NCBI GenBank assembly: GCA_964356125.1
Contig: CAYHHH010000002.1
Span: forward strand, 12,755-76,754
DNA from: an uncultured Bifidobacteriaceae bacterium
GTDB taxonomy: Bacteria > Acidobacteriota > Vicinamibacteria > Vicinamibacterales > JAMQPK01
Length of the DNA: 64,000 bases
Direction: 5' to 3'
Shown: positions 54,195 through 62,676 of the stretch, one piece after another
How positions within the stretch are numbered: the first letter of the stretch is position 1
Layout: every line of letters begins with the position of its first letter
Translations under genes and position numbers: made by a program
The notes under the pieces: model-generated
Seen by the model: the letters and a program-made list of their open reading frames with translations, nothing else
What the model was told of the DNA's origin: nothing
The model's database searches: none

Positions 54195-55521
54195 GAGCCG
54201 CCGCCACCGCCCTCGCCTCGTCGCTTTCCTTCCGCAGCGCCGCATCCCGGCTGACGATCCGCAGGGACAGCACGAGCACGCTGCCGATCAGTCCGCACGC
54301 AACCAGGTACAGAATGCCCGCCGTATAGCTGCCTGTCAGGTCGGCGAGATAGCCGATCATGTACGGTCCGGCGAAGCCGCCGAGATTTCCGGTTGCGTTG
54401 ATCAACGCAATGCTCGCGGCGGCCGCGGGTCCGCTCAGGAAGATCGTCGGCAGAGCCCAGAACGGCGATGGGAACGAATACAACGCCATCGTCGCCGCAG
54501 AAAACGCCGCAATGGCCAGTACCAGGTGGTTGCCCGCGGCGATGCTCAGCGACAGCGCGAGCCCGACTACGAACAGAGGAATGGCCGCATGCCACCGGCG
54601 CTCTCTGGTCTTATCTGAATGCCATGCGGTGATGAACATCATCGGAATCGCTGCCAGCCACGGTATTCCCGAGATCAGAATGACCTGCGTCGTGCTGAGG
54701 CCGGAGATGCGACGGACGATGGTGGGCAGCCATGAGCTCAGACCGACGCTGTTTGTGATGTAGCAGAAGCAGGCGAGCGCAAGGATGATCACCTGCGGAT
54801 GCCGCAGTGCCTCCAGCGTGCTCAGTTTCCTGACGTGCTTCTTGTTCTCCCTCTCGCGTTCCAACTCGTCCGCAATCCAACGCCGCTCGTCGTCGGCGAG
54901 CCAGCGCGCGTCCTCGGGCCGGTCGGTGAGATAGAAAAACGCGACGACGCCGAGGAGCAGTGTCGGCAGCCCTTCGAGGATGAGCAGCCATCGCCAGCCG
55001 TTCCACCCAAGCCAATCGATGCGCATGAGCGCGGCGGCCACCGCGGCGCCGACCATGTTCGATGTCGGGATCGCCATCATGAACATGGCGACGGCCTTCG
55101 CGCGATCCTGATACCGGAACCAGTGCGTGAGGTACACGATGATGCCTGGGAAAAAGCCGGCCTGCGCGATGCCAAGGAAAAAGCGCACCCAGTAGAACTC
55201 GCCGGCAGTGTCGATGAGCCCCGTGAGCGCGGCAAGCGCGCCCCAGAGAACCAGGCTGAGCGTGATGAAGTTGCGCGCGCTCCACAATTCGGTGAGCAGC
55301 GTCGACGGAATCTGAAGGAGAAAGTATCCGATGAAGAAGATGCCGGCGCCGAATCCGAAGACCGTGTTCGAGAATCCAAGATCGGCCCGCATCTGCAGCG
55401 CCGCGTAGCCGACGTTGACGCGGTTCATGTAGTTGAACACGTACAGCACGAAGAGAAACGGCATCAGGCGGCGCGTGATGCGGCGGCGCGTCCGCTCGGC
55501 GATGTCGTCCTTCGACTCCAT
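54175..55521 (-). CDS. MFS transporter, anion:cation symporter (ACS) family (sugar-acid/tartrate/galactonate-type)
   Basis: 448 aa. RRLMPFLFVLYVFNYMNRVNVGYAALQM..LGFSNTVFGFGAGIFFIGYFLLQIPS is typical of the ACS subfamily. Confidence 0.85.
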   Translation of the reverse strand: MESKDDIAERTRRRITRRLMPFLFVLYVFNYMNRVNVGYAALQMRADLGFSNTVFGFGAGIFFIGYFLLQIPSTLLTELWSARNFITLSLVLWGALAALTGLIDTAGEFYWVRFFLGIAQAGFFPGIIVYLTHWFRYQDRAKAVAMFMMAIPTSNMVGAAVAAALMRIDWLGWNGWRWLLILEGLPTLLLGVVAFFYLTDRPEDARWLADDERRWIADELERERENKKHVRKLSTLEALRHPQVIILALACFCYITNSVGLSSWLPTIVRRISGLSTTQVILISGIPWLAAIPMMFITAWHSDKTRERRWHAAIPLFVVGLALSLSIAAGNHLVLAIAAFSAATMALYSFPSPFWALPTIFLSGPAAAASIALINATGNLGGFAGPYMIGYLADLTGSYTAGILYLVACGLIGSVLVLSLRIVSRDAALRKESDEARAVAAALTNQTR

Positions 55522-55538
55522 GAGCCCTCTCTTTCCGG

Positions 55539-56465
55539 TCAGATTCGAGCCAGGTGTCCGGTCGGAATGGGTCGAGTGATGTCGACGCCGGGGAGCGTGC
55601 GCGCAAGAATCGCGTCGAGCTGCTGCGATTGTGCGGCGGAAATCGTGGCGCCGGGATGCCTGACGCGCGGCGAGGCGAAAAGGCCGCGTCGGCGGAACAG
55701 CTCTTTGCGGATCGCGACACCGGGCTGCTGCTCGAACACGATCAGGGCGGCGAATCGCGAGTAAATCTGATGCACCCGCGGCCAGTCCTGCGCGCGTGCG
55801 GCCGCCACGAGCGCCTGCATGACTTCCGGAAACGCGAAGCCCGTGTTGAACCCGTCGGATCCGGCTTCCAGATCGAACGGCGCGTAGAGCCCGCCGAGGC
55901 CGGACAGAATCGGCATGCGCCGCTCGGTGAACGCTTCACGCAGTTGACGAATCTTGGGCGCTGTCGGTACCGCTTCTTCCTTGACGCAGCCGATCGACGG
56001 AACCGATCGGAGAATCCGCGCGACGAGCGCCGCCGGCATGTGGACATCGGCCGATGCCGGGTGGTCCTGCAGTACGATCGGAATGGAAACAGCCTGCGCG
56101 ATCTGCTGATAGAGCTCGACGATGCGATCGTCGCTGGGCACCGGCTCCTTGGCGGGTGCGATCATGACGGCGTCTGCCCCGAGATCGTGCGCCATGCGTG
56201 CCAGCGACGCCGCGGTGCGGGTGCCCGACGCGCTCGCACCGACGATGATCGGCATGCGGCCGCGTACCACGGCGGCAGCTGCTTCGATGAGGGTACGGCG
56301 CTCTTCGTCGTTGAGCCGATTCGCTTCGCCGAGGACTCCGAGAATCGTGACGCCGTCGACGCGGAGCTCGATCATGAACTCCAGCAGCCGCTGCCAGGAG
56401 CTCAGATCCAGGCTGTCTTCGTCGGCAAATGGCGTGGCGAGAATCGGGATGACGCCGGCAAACAT
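55539..56465 (-). CDS. DHDPS/NAL-family class I aldolase or dehydratase (2-keto-3-deoxy sugar-acid enzyme candidate), cytoplasmic
   Basis: Start trimmed to ATG 56465, giving MFAGVIPILATPFADEDSLDLSSWQRLLEFMIELRVDGVTILGVLGEANRL, a DapA-like N-terminus. 17 nt upstream of the ACS transporter. Confidence 0.8.
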   Translation of the reverse strand: MFAGVIPILATPFADEDSLDLSSWQRLLEFMIELRVDGVTILGVLGEANRLNDEERRTLIEAAAAVVRGRMPIIVGASASGTRTAASLARMAHDLGADAVMIAPAKEPVPSDDRIVELYQQIAQAVSIPIVLQDHPASADVHMPAALVARILRSVPSIGCVKEEAVPTAPKIRQLREAFTERRMPILSGLGGLYAPFDLEAGSDGFNTGFAFPEVMQALVAAARAQDWPRVHQIYSRFAALIVFEQQPGVAIRKELFRRRGLFASPRVRHPGATISAAQSQQLDAILARTLPGVDITRPIPTGHLARI

Positions 56466-56481
56466 GTTGGATGGCGCCTGT

Positions 56482-56487
56482 ATTATA
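56482..56487 (-). promoter_or_regulatory. Perfect TATAAT (-10-like) hexamer on the minus strand, 16 nt before ATG 56465
   Basis: The plus strand reads ATTATA. No SD lies between it and the ATG, which suggests a very short or absent leader. Confidence 0.3.
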
Positions 56488-56590
56488 TCGCCTCGTTTTA
56501 GTGGTTGGCGCACAGGGCGACCTGGGGCTACACTCCCGAAACCCGCTCGTACATCGATGCTCCGGTATCTACACTCAGAGGAGGCCGACC

Positions 56591-57859
56591 GTGAACCGTC
56601 GAAACTTTCTCCGCGCGTCCGCATCGCCGATCCTGGCCCCCATGCTGGCTCCCGTGTTTGCGCCGTTGCGCGCCTACGCGCAGGAGTCGTCGAAATCGAA
56701 TTCGCTGACGATTACCAAGATCGAGCCGTATCTGATGCGGACTCAACCGGCTCCGGCTCGCGGGCGCGGCGCGGGTCCGGGTGGCGGAGGAGGGGGAGGA
56801 TATCCCTGCGTCCGCATCGAGACAGCCGAAGGCATTCATGGATGGGGCGAGGCTACGACGCCTCCGACCAGTCCTGCTGTACTGACGCAGATTCGCGAGT
56901 CGGGCAAGCTGCTTATGGGCAAGAGCGCCTGGGACATCGAAGGCCATTGGGTTCAGATGTACACGACTGAATTCAATACCCTCGGCGGCACACTCTTCGC
57001 CGCGATGAGCGCGATCGACATTGCGCTGTGGGACATCGTCGGCAAGAAGCTTGGCGTGCCGGTCTACAAGCTGCTCGGCGGCCGCGCGATTCCGGCGCGT
57101 ACGAGCCTGCGTATTTACGCGAGCGAGCCCTGGCGCGGCATCCCTCGAACGCGCGAGGCATACACGGCGAGAACGAAGGAGATCATCGCAAAGGGCGCCA
57201 CGGGCGGGAAAACAGATTTCTTTGGCGGCACGCCGCTCGATCGCGAGCTGACCTCGCAGAACCTTCACGACGCGCGCGAGATGATAGCCGGCGTACGCGA
57301 TGCGAGTCCGACGTTCGACATCTGTGTCGAGGCGCACGCCAAATTCAACATGCACTCGGCGGGACGCATCGTGAACATGGTCGAACCGTTCGACGTCTAC
57401 TTTCTCGAGGAGCCCGTTCCGCCGGAAGATATCGAGGCGATGGCGCTGATCCAGCATCAAACGAACGTGCCCATCGCAACCGGCGAGAGCCTGCAGTCGC
57501 ATTACAACTTCCGCGAAGTGCTCGAAAAACGGGCGGCGCGTGTCCTGCAGCCCGATCTGGCGAGGACAGGCGGCATCACGTCGGGCAAGAAGATCGCCGC
57601 GATGGCGGAGACGCACTATGTGAATGTGGCGCCTCACAACCCGAACGGCCCCATTTGCACGGCGGCGACGTTGCACCTGTGCACGTCGATTGCCAACTAC
57701 CTGATCATCGAACAAGGCAACACCAACACCGCGCTTTACAAGGACATCTTCACGGGCGGCTGGAAGGAAAGCCTCGCGGAGATGTGGGTGCCCGAAGGGC
57801 CCGGCCTCGGCGTCGATTTCTCGCCTGCGTTCGTCAAGGAATACGGGACGCCGGCGTAA
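56591..57859 (+). CDS. Enolase-superfamily (sugar-acid dehydratase-like) protein with twin-arginine signal
   Basis: GTG 56591 lies 6 nt after AGAGGAGG. N-terminus VNRRNFLRASASPILAPMLAPVFAPLRAYA. AIDIALWDIVGKKLGVPVYKLLGG and LEEPVPPEDIEAMA are enolase-superfamily hallmarks. Gly-rich insert near the N-terminus. Confidence 0.85.
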   Translation: MNRRNFLRASASPILAPMLAPVFAPLRAYAQESSKSNSLTITKIEPYLMRTQPAPARGRGAGPGGGGGGGYPCVRIETAEGIHGWGEATTPPTSPAVLTQIRESGKLLMGKSAWDIEGHWVQMYTTEFNTLGGTLFAAMSAIDIALWDIVGKKLGVPVYKLLGGRAIPARTSLRIYASEPWRGIPRTREAYTARTKEIIAKGATGGKTDFFGGTPLDRELTSQNLHDAREMIAGVRDASPTFDICVEAHAKFNMHSAGRIVNMVEPFDVYFLEEPVPPEDIEAMALIQHQTNVPIATGESLQSHYNFREVLEKRAARVLQPDLARTGGITSGKKIAAMAETHYVNVAPHNPNGPICTAATLHLCTSIANYLIIEQGNTNTALYKDIFTGGWKESLAEMWVPEGPGLGVDFSPAFVKEYGTPA

Positions 57860-57863
57860 GTGG

Positions 57864-59225
57864 TTGGATGCTGATCTTTCCGCGCTGTCGACAGGAGATG
57901 CACGAGCCCTCGCGCATCTCCTGAACGATATCCTGCACGCCGTTCACTTCGACGTGGTGAATCGCGAGTTCAGGCTGCCGCGGTATGGGGGCGATTACGA
58001 CGTTCGCCCCTTCCCGCTGCCGGAGTCGCCTGTCGACGTCGCGGCCATGAAGGTCCGTCTTCGTCAAGGCGAGAAGACATCGCCAACGGCCGATGAGCAC
58101 AGCCTCGCGCGGCGAATCAGATATGCCTTCACGTTTTTCATGTTTGGAGAGCCGCTCCCACGAGAACCGCTGGAGCACCTGTTCGGCAAAGGACAGAGCC
58201 GAGGCATTGATGAGGGCCTGAAGCTGGGACTCTTCGTTCGCGCGGAAGGGCAGGCCATCCGGCTGAACGGGTTGTCGCTGTTCTCCAGGAGATTGCCGAA
58301 CGGCGAGCCGATTCATCTATTTGCCGACACGCCACCGCATTTCGAACGCAGAACAGGAAAGCCACGCGTCTACATCGGCGCGGATTCGTACGAGCTCGTG
58401 GACCGGGTCTCGCGAATGCGAGACATCACAGGGTGCTGTGTCGAAATGGGGTCCGGCTCCGGCATACAGCTCGTGGCGGCTCTGAAGCAGCATCCCGGCA
58501 TCGTGAAGGCAATCGGAAAGGAGCGCGATCGGCGCGCGGCCAATGTGTCCGTGTTCAACGCTACCATCAACGGCGTTGCCGACAGGATGACGATTGTCGA
58601 GAGCGATCTCCGTTTGCACGCCGAGCTGGACGGGTGTTCGGTATCGTTGGCGTTGAGCAACCCACCATTTCTGGCCGTGCCCGGCTGGCTCGACCTCGAT
58701 GCGGGCGATCGAGCGACTGTGGGAGCGCTGGCGAACGTCCGCGAGACCGATCGCGGGCCGCAGCTGGATGTGCAGACGCTCTTTCCAGAAGCGGGGTGGG
58801 GCGGCGATGACGGGCTGGAGGTGACGAAGTCGTTCATCGAGGCGTTGACGCCGGAATTGACGTCTGGCACGCCATTCGTCATTTATTCGCAATTCGCGGG
58901 AGATCGTACTGGCCCGACGCTCCTTCGCGCCTATGCGCACCAAGCCGGGTTCCAGTTCAGTTTCGAGCCGCTGCCGTCGCGGCCTGGGCGGACCCAGCCG
59001 CTGCTTTCCCGTGAGGAGGCGGCCGATACGGCCGCCCGCTTGATCGTGTCGGCGCTGCTGGCCAGGCGCGAGCGGCCCCGCATCCAGATGAGGCTGAGGC
59101 AGGGCTCGCCCGAGCAGAGACTGCTGGCTCACCTTTCTGAACGGATCCATGAGTCCTACCGGACCCAGGGCATCAGCCATTTCCACGATGGGTTTTCGGT
59201 GCTGACCAGGAATCCAAAAACGTGA
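57864..59225 (+). CDS. Class I SAM-dependent methyltransferase, HemK/PrmC-like (NPPF motif) with long N-terminal extension
   Basis: TTG start 4 nt after the upstream stop. VEMGSGSGIQL (SAM motif I) and LALSNPPFLAVP (N/DPPY/F motif). Confidence 0.7.
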   Translation: MDADLSALSTGDARALAHLLNDILHAVHFDVVNREFRLPRYGGDYDVRPFPLPESPVDVAAMKVRLRQGEKTSPTADEHSLARRIRYAFTFFMFGEPLPREPLEHLFGKGQSRGIDEGLKLGLFVRAEGQAIRLNGLSLFSRRLPNGEPIHLFADTPPHFERRTGKPRVYIGADSYELVDRVSRMRDITGCCVEMGSGSGIQLVAALKQHPGIVKAIGKERDRRAANVSVFNATINGVADRMTIVESDLRLHAELDGCSVSLALSNPPFLAVPGWLDLDAGDRATVGALANVRETDRGPQLDVQTLFPEAGWGGDDGLEVTKSFIEALTPELTSGTPFVIYSQFAGDRTGPTLLRAYAHQAGFQFSFEPLPSRPGRTQPLLSREEAADTAARLIVSALLARRERPRIQMRLRQGSPEQRLLAHLSERIHESYRTQGISHFHDGFSVLTRNPKT

Positions 59226-59227
59226 AG

Positions 59228-59244
59228 TTGTGGTCGGTTTCACA
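59228..59244 (+). promoter_or_regulatory. Weak match to the direct-repeat motif (TTGTGGT-CGG-TTTCACA)
   Basis: 64 nt upstream of ATG 59309. Only a partial match, so low confidence. Confidence 0.15.
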
Positions 59245-59308
59245 TCGAGATACCGATGCGCGCATCATGGTAAGCTCCACCCCTCAGCCACCATATTCAG
59301 GAGGATCC

Positions 59309-62300
59309 ATGACGAAGATTCTCACGCGCCTTGCTCTTCTGGCCGTGCTCTGTGTGGTCGCCGGCAACACCGTTCTCGCGCAGCTTCAGTCGGGGCGCAT
59401 CGTGGGAACCATTTACGACACGCAGCGGGCGGGCATCCCGGGCGCGACCGTCAGCGTCACGAACATCAGGACGAACCTGTCGCGCAGCGCCGTGACCGAT
59501 TCGCAGGGCAACTACGTCATCACGCCGCTCGATCCCGGCATCTACAACGTGAGCGCCGTGATGTCCGGTTTCCAGACGACCGTGAGGAACAACCTCGAGC
59601 TGACCGTCGGCCAGGCGGCCCGCGTCGAGCTGGTGCTGAGCCTCGGCGGGCTGTCGACGGAAGTGCAGGTCACAGCCGAGACGCCGCTGCTGAACACCGA
59701 ATCGGCGACGTTGAGCGAGGTCATCACGAACGAGCAGATCGTCGATCTCCCGCTGAACGGCAGAGGTTTTCACGAGCTGGCACGCCTCACATCGGGTGTC
59801 GCGCTGCTGCCGCCGACCGGCAACACGCAGCCGGTGCGCCCCGAGGTCGTCAATGGCAACGTCATCGGCGGCGTCGCCGGATCGCAGACGCGCTTTCTCC
59901 TGGACGGCGTGGACATCACCGAAGAGCACCAGGGGGGCACCTGGATTCAGACGTCGGTGGACGCGCTGCAGGAGTTCAGCGTGTCGCAGAACGCGTACTC
60001 GGCCGAATTCCACGGCGCCGGCGCCACGTTCAACGTGACGACGAAATCGGGCGGCAACGCGTTTCATGGCAGCGTGTTCGAGTTCATGCGCAACGACGCG
60101 CTCGACTCGAAGAACTTTTTCGCTGTCAACAAAGAGAAGCTCGAGCGCAATCAGTTCGGCGGCACGCTCGGCGGCCCGGTGATGATTCCGGGCTTGTACG
60201 ACGGACGAAACAAGACCTTCTTCTTCGCGAGCTACGAAGGTCACCGGAGGCAGCAGGGCATCGTCGATGTCACCAACGTGCCGTCGGCGGCACAGCGCCA
60301 GGGGGATTTCAGCGGCCTCGCGCCCATTTTCGATCCCCTGACCACCGCGACCGTCGGAGGCGTCGCGACGCGCACGCAGTTTGCGAACAACCAGATTCCG
60401 GCGAATCGCCTCTCGCCGCAGGCGCAGTTCTTCCTTCGGTACATCCCGCTGCCGAACGCGCCTGGCAATACGTACGTGTCGAACCCCATCACGCAGTTCA
60501 ACGCCGACCAGATGACGCTGCGGCTCGACCAGGAGATCACCTCGCAGCACCGGTTCTTCGCGCGATACAGCAAGCATGCGAACGAAGAAACCAGACAGGA
60601 TGCATGGGACACGCTGGGGTCGACTCGTCTCGAGGGGCCGGCGTTCAACGTGGCGCTGTCGCTGACGTCGAATTTCGGATCTTCGTTGGTCCATGAGCTT
60701 CGCTTCAGCCGCATGTACGGCGAGTACCGCTCGACGGCGTATTTCCAGGGCGAGGGCGTCAACCTCGTGCAGCAACAGGCCGGGGTGAAAGGGCTCGAAG
60801 GCATTCAGGATCCGAACATCGGCAGTCTTCCCGCGTTCACGATCTCCGGCTACCAGGGATTTTCCGGTAACGCCGGCGACGGCCGCCCGAAATGGCAGGA
60901 CCGCGGCGAGTACGAGCTCATCGACAGCCTCACCTGGATCAAGGGCCGGCACATCCTGAAGTTCGGCGGCAGAATGTATCACCGCAACATTCTGTTTACC
61001 GACGCGAGAAGCCACAACGGCGTGTTCAACTTCAACGGTTCGATGACGCAGCGTCCGGTCACTTCTGCGGGCACGGGCGTGTCGTTCGCCGATTTCCTGC
61101 TCGGTCATCCCAACAGCGTGACGCGCTCGAACCCCGCGACGTGGTGGGGCGGATCCGGCACGTACTGGCACGGTTTCTTCCAGGATGACTATCGGTTGAC
61201 GAACAATCTGACCGTCAATCTTGGCTTGCGGTACGAGTACACGCCGTGGCTGACCTCGTACCGTAATCAGGCGGCTGTTTTCGATCCGACGCGCGCCAAG
61301 CCCATTATCGTCTCGAGCGACTCCGACCAGATCGATCTCGGCGCGCAGGCGCTGGCCGATGTCGGGTATCGCCTGTTCGGCGATCTCATCCAGACCAGCA
61401 GCCAGGCGGGCGTTCCGCTGCAACTGACGAAGAACGATACGAACCAGTGGGCGCCGCGCATCGGGTTTGCGTACCGCCTTGGCGATCGTACCGTCGTGCG
61501 CGGCGGCTATGGCATGTTCTACGAAGCCGAAGGCACGAGCGGGCGGCTGAACTTCCACTTCCTGCCGTTCAGCATGAGCGAGACCGTGAACGCCACGACC
61601 AACGTGGTGCCGACGCGCACGATGGCGGACTTTTTCCTGGGTGTGCCGTTCGGCGCGGGGGTCGGCAGCGTCGGCTGGAACCCGCTGACGCTCGATGCCG
61701 ACTTCGGATACGACCAGCGCTGGAACTTCGGCGTGCAGCGCGAAATTGCGAACCGGATGAGCCTCGAAATCAACTATGTCGGCACGAAGGGGACGAATCA
61801 GCAGGAGGCCGAGCCGATCAATATTCCCGCAGCGGGTCCCGGAAATATTCAGGCGCGCCGGCCGTATCCGCGGTTCGGCAACATGAACATTCACAGCCAG
61901 GCGAGATCGAGTGAGTATCACGCCCTGCAGACGAAACTGCAGAAGCGGACCTCTGGCGGCTTGTGGTACCTGGTGTCGCACACGTGGGGCAAGAGCGAGA
62001 CGACAGTGCCTGCGCCAGGGATCGGCGGCAACTTTACGTACGACACGGGGCCGGCCGGCTTCGACATTCGGCACCTTCTGACGATGAGCTTCGGCGCCCA
62101 ACTGCCGTTCGGCCGGGGCAAGCGATTCCTCGGCGAAGCCGGAACGCTCGCCAACGGTCTGCTCGGTGGCTGGCAGGCGCAGAGCATCGTGAACTATCGC
62201 AGCGGCCTTCCGTTTACGCCGAGCGTCTCGCGCGACGTGGCGAACACGGGCGCGGGCGGGCAGCGCCCCAATCGCATCGGCGACGGCGAGCTGGACGATC

Positions 62301-62602
62301 CCACCATCGCCGCGTGGTTCGACAAGACGGCTTTCGTCGTGCCGCCCGATTTCACGTTCGGAAATTCGGGGCGGGGCATTCTTCGCGGCGACCACCAGTG
62401 GAACGTGGATTTCTCACTGTTCAAGCGATTCAGCGTCCCCGGATCGACGAACCTGGAGTTCAGGGCCGAGGCCTTCAACCTCCTCAATTCTGTCTACTAC
62501 AGCAACCCGAATACGAATATCGATACGGCGACGGGCGGCCGGGTGACGAGCACCTCGCTTGCCGCGAGACAGCTGCAGTTCGGGATCAAATACCTGTTCT
62601 AG
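59309..62602 (+). CDS. TonB-dependent outer-membrane receptor with N-terminal carboxypeptidase-regulatory-like domain
   Basis: Start trimmed to ATG 59309 (CAGGAGGA upstream), giving MTKILTRLALLAVLCVVAGNTVLAQLQSGRIVGTIYDTQRAGIPGATVSVTN. Ends ...FGIKYLF. Confidence 0.9.
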   Translation: MTKILTRLALLAVLCVVAGNTVLAQLQSGRIVGTIYDTQRAGIPGATVSVTNIRTNLSRSAVTDSQGNYVITPLDPGIYNVSAVMSGFQTTVRNNLELTVGQAARVELVLSLGGLSTEVQVTAETPLLNTESATLSEVITNEQIVDLPLNGRGFHELARLTSGVALLPPTGNTQPVRPEVVNGNVIGGVAGSQTRFLLDGVDITEEHQGGTWIQTSVDALQEFSVSQNAYSAEFHGAGATFNVTTKSGGNAFHGSVFEFMRNDALDSKNFFAVNKEKLERNQFGGTLGGPVMIPGLYDGRNKTFFFASYEGHRRQQGIVDVTNVPSAAQRQGDFSGLAPIFDPLTTATVGGVATRTQFANNQIPANRLSPQAQFFLRYIPLPNAPGNTYVSNPITQFNADQMTLRLDQEITSQHRFFARYSKHANEETRQDAWDTLGSTRLEGPAFNVALSLTSNFGSSLVHELRFSRMYGEYRSTAYFQGEGVNLVQQQAGVKGLEGIQDPNIGSLPAFTISGYQGFSGNAGDGRPKWQDRGEYELIDSLTWIKGRHILKFGGRMYHRNILFTDARSHNGVFNFNGSMTQRPVTSAGTGVSFADFLLGHPNSVTRSNPATWWGGSGTYWHGFFQDDYRLTNNLTVNLGLRYEYTPWLTSYRNQAAVFDPTRAKPIIVSSDSDQIDLGAQALADVGYRLFGDLIQTSSQAGVPLQLTKNDTNQWAPRIGFAYRLGDRTVVRGGYGMFYEAEGTSGRLNFHFLPFSMSETVNATTNVVPTRTMADFFLGVPFGAGVGSVGWNPLTLDADFGYDQRWNFGVQREIANRMSLEINYVGTKGTNQQEAEPINIPAAGPGNIQARRPYPRFGNMNIHSQARSSEYHALQTKLQKRTSGGLWYLVSHTWGKSETTVPAPGIGGNFTYDTGPAGFDIRHLLTMSFGAQLPFGRGKRFLGEAGTLANGLLGGWQAQSIVNYRSGLPFTPSVSRDVANTGAGGQRPNRIGDGELDDPTIAAWFDKTAFVVPPDFTFGNSGRGILRGDHQWNVDFSLFKRFSVPGSTNLEFRAEAFNLLNSVYYSNPNTNIDTATGGRVTSTSLAARQLQFGIKYLF

Positions 62603-62603
62603 A

Positions 62604-62652
62604 AAGGGGCAAGGGACAAGGGGCAATCATTGCCCCTTGCCCCTTACCCCTT
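62604..62652. terminator. Strong hairpin built from heptamer repeats: (AAGGGGC AAGGGAC AAGGGGC)AA-TCA-TT(GCCCCTT GCCCCTT ACCCCTT), between convergent genes
   Basis: Manual pairing 62604-62626 with 62630-62652 gives 23 positions with 2 mismatches and a 3-nt loop. It starts 2 nt after stop 62602 and ends 25 nt before stop 62677. Confidence 0.6.
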
Positions 62653-62676
62653 ACTTAACAGGAGCCTTCTGTTGTT

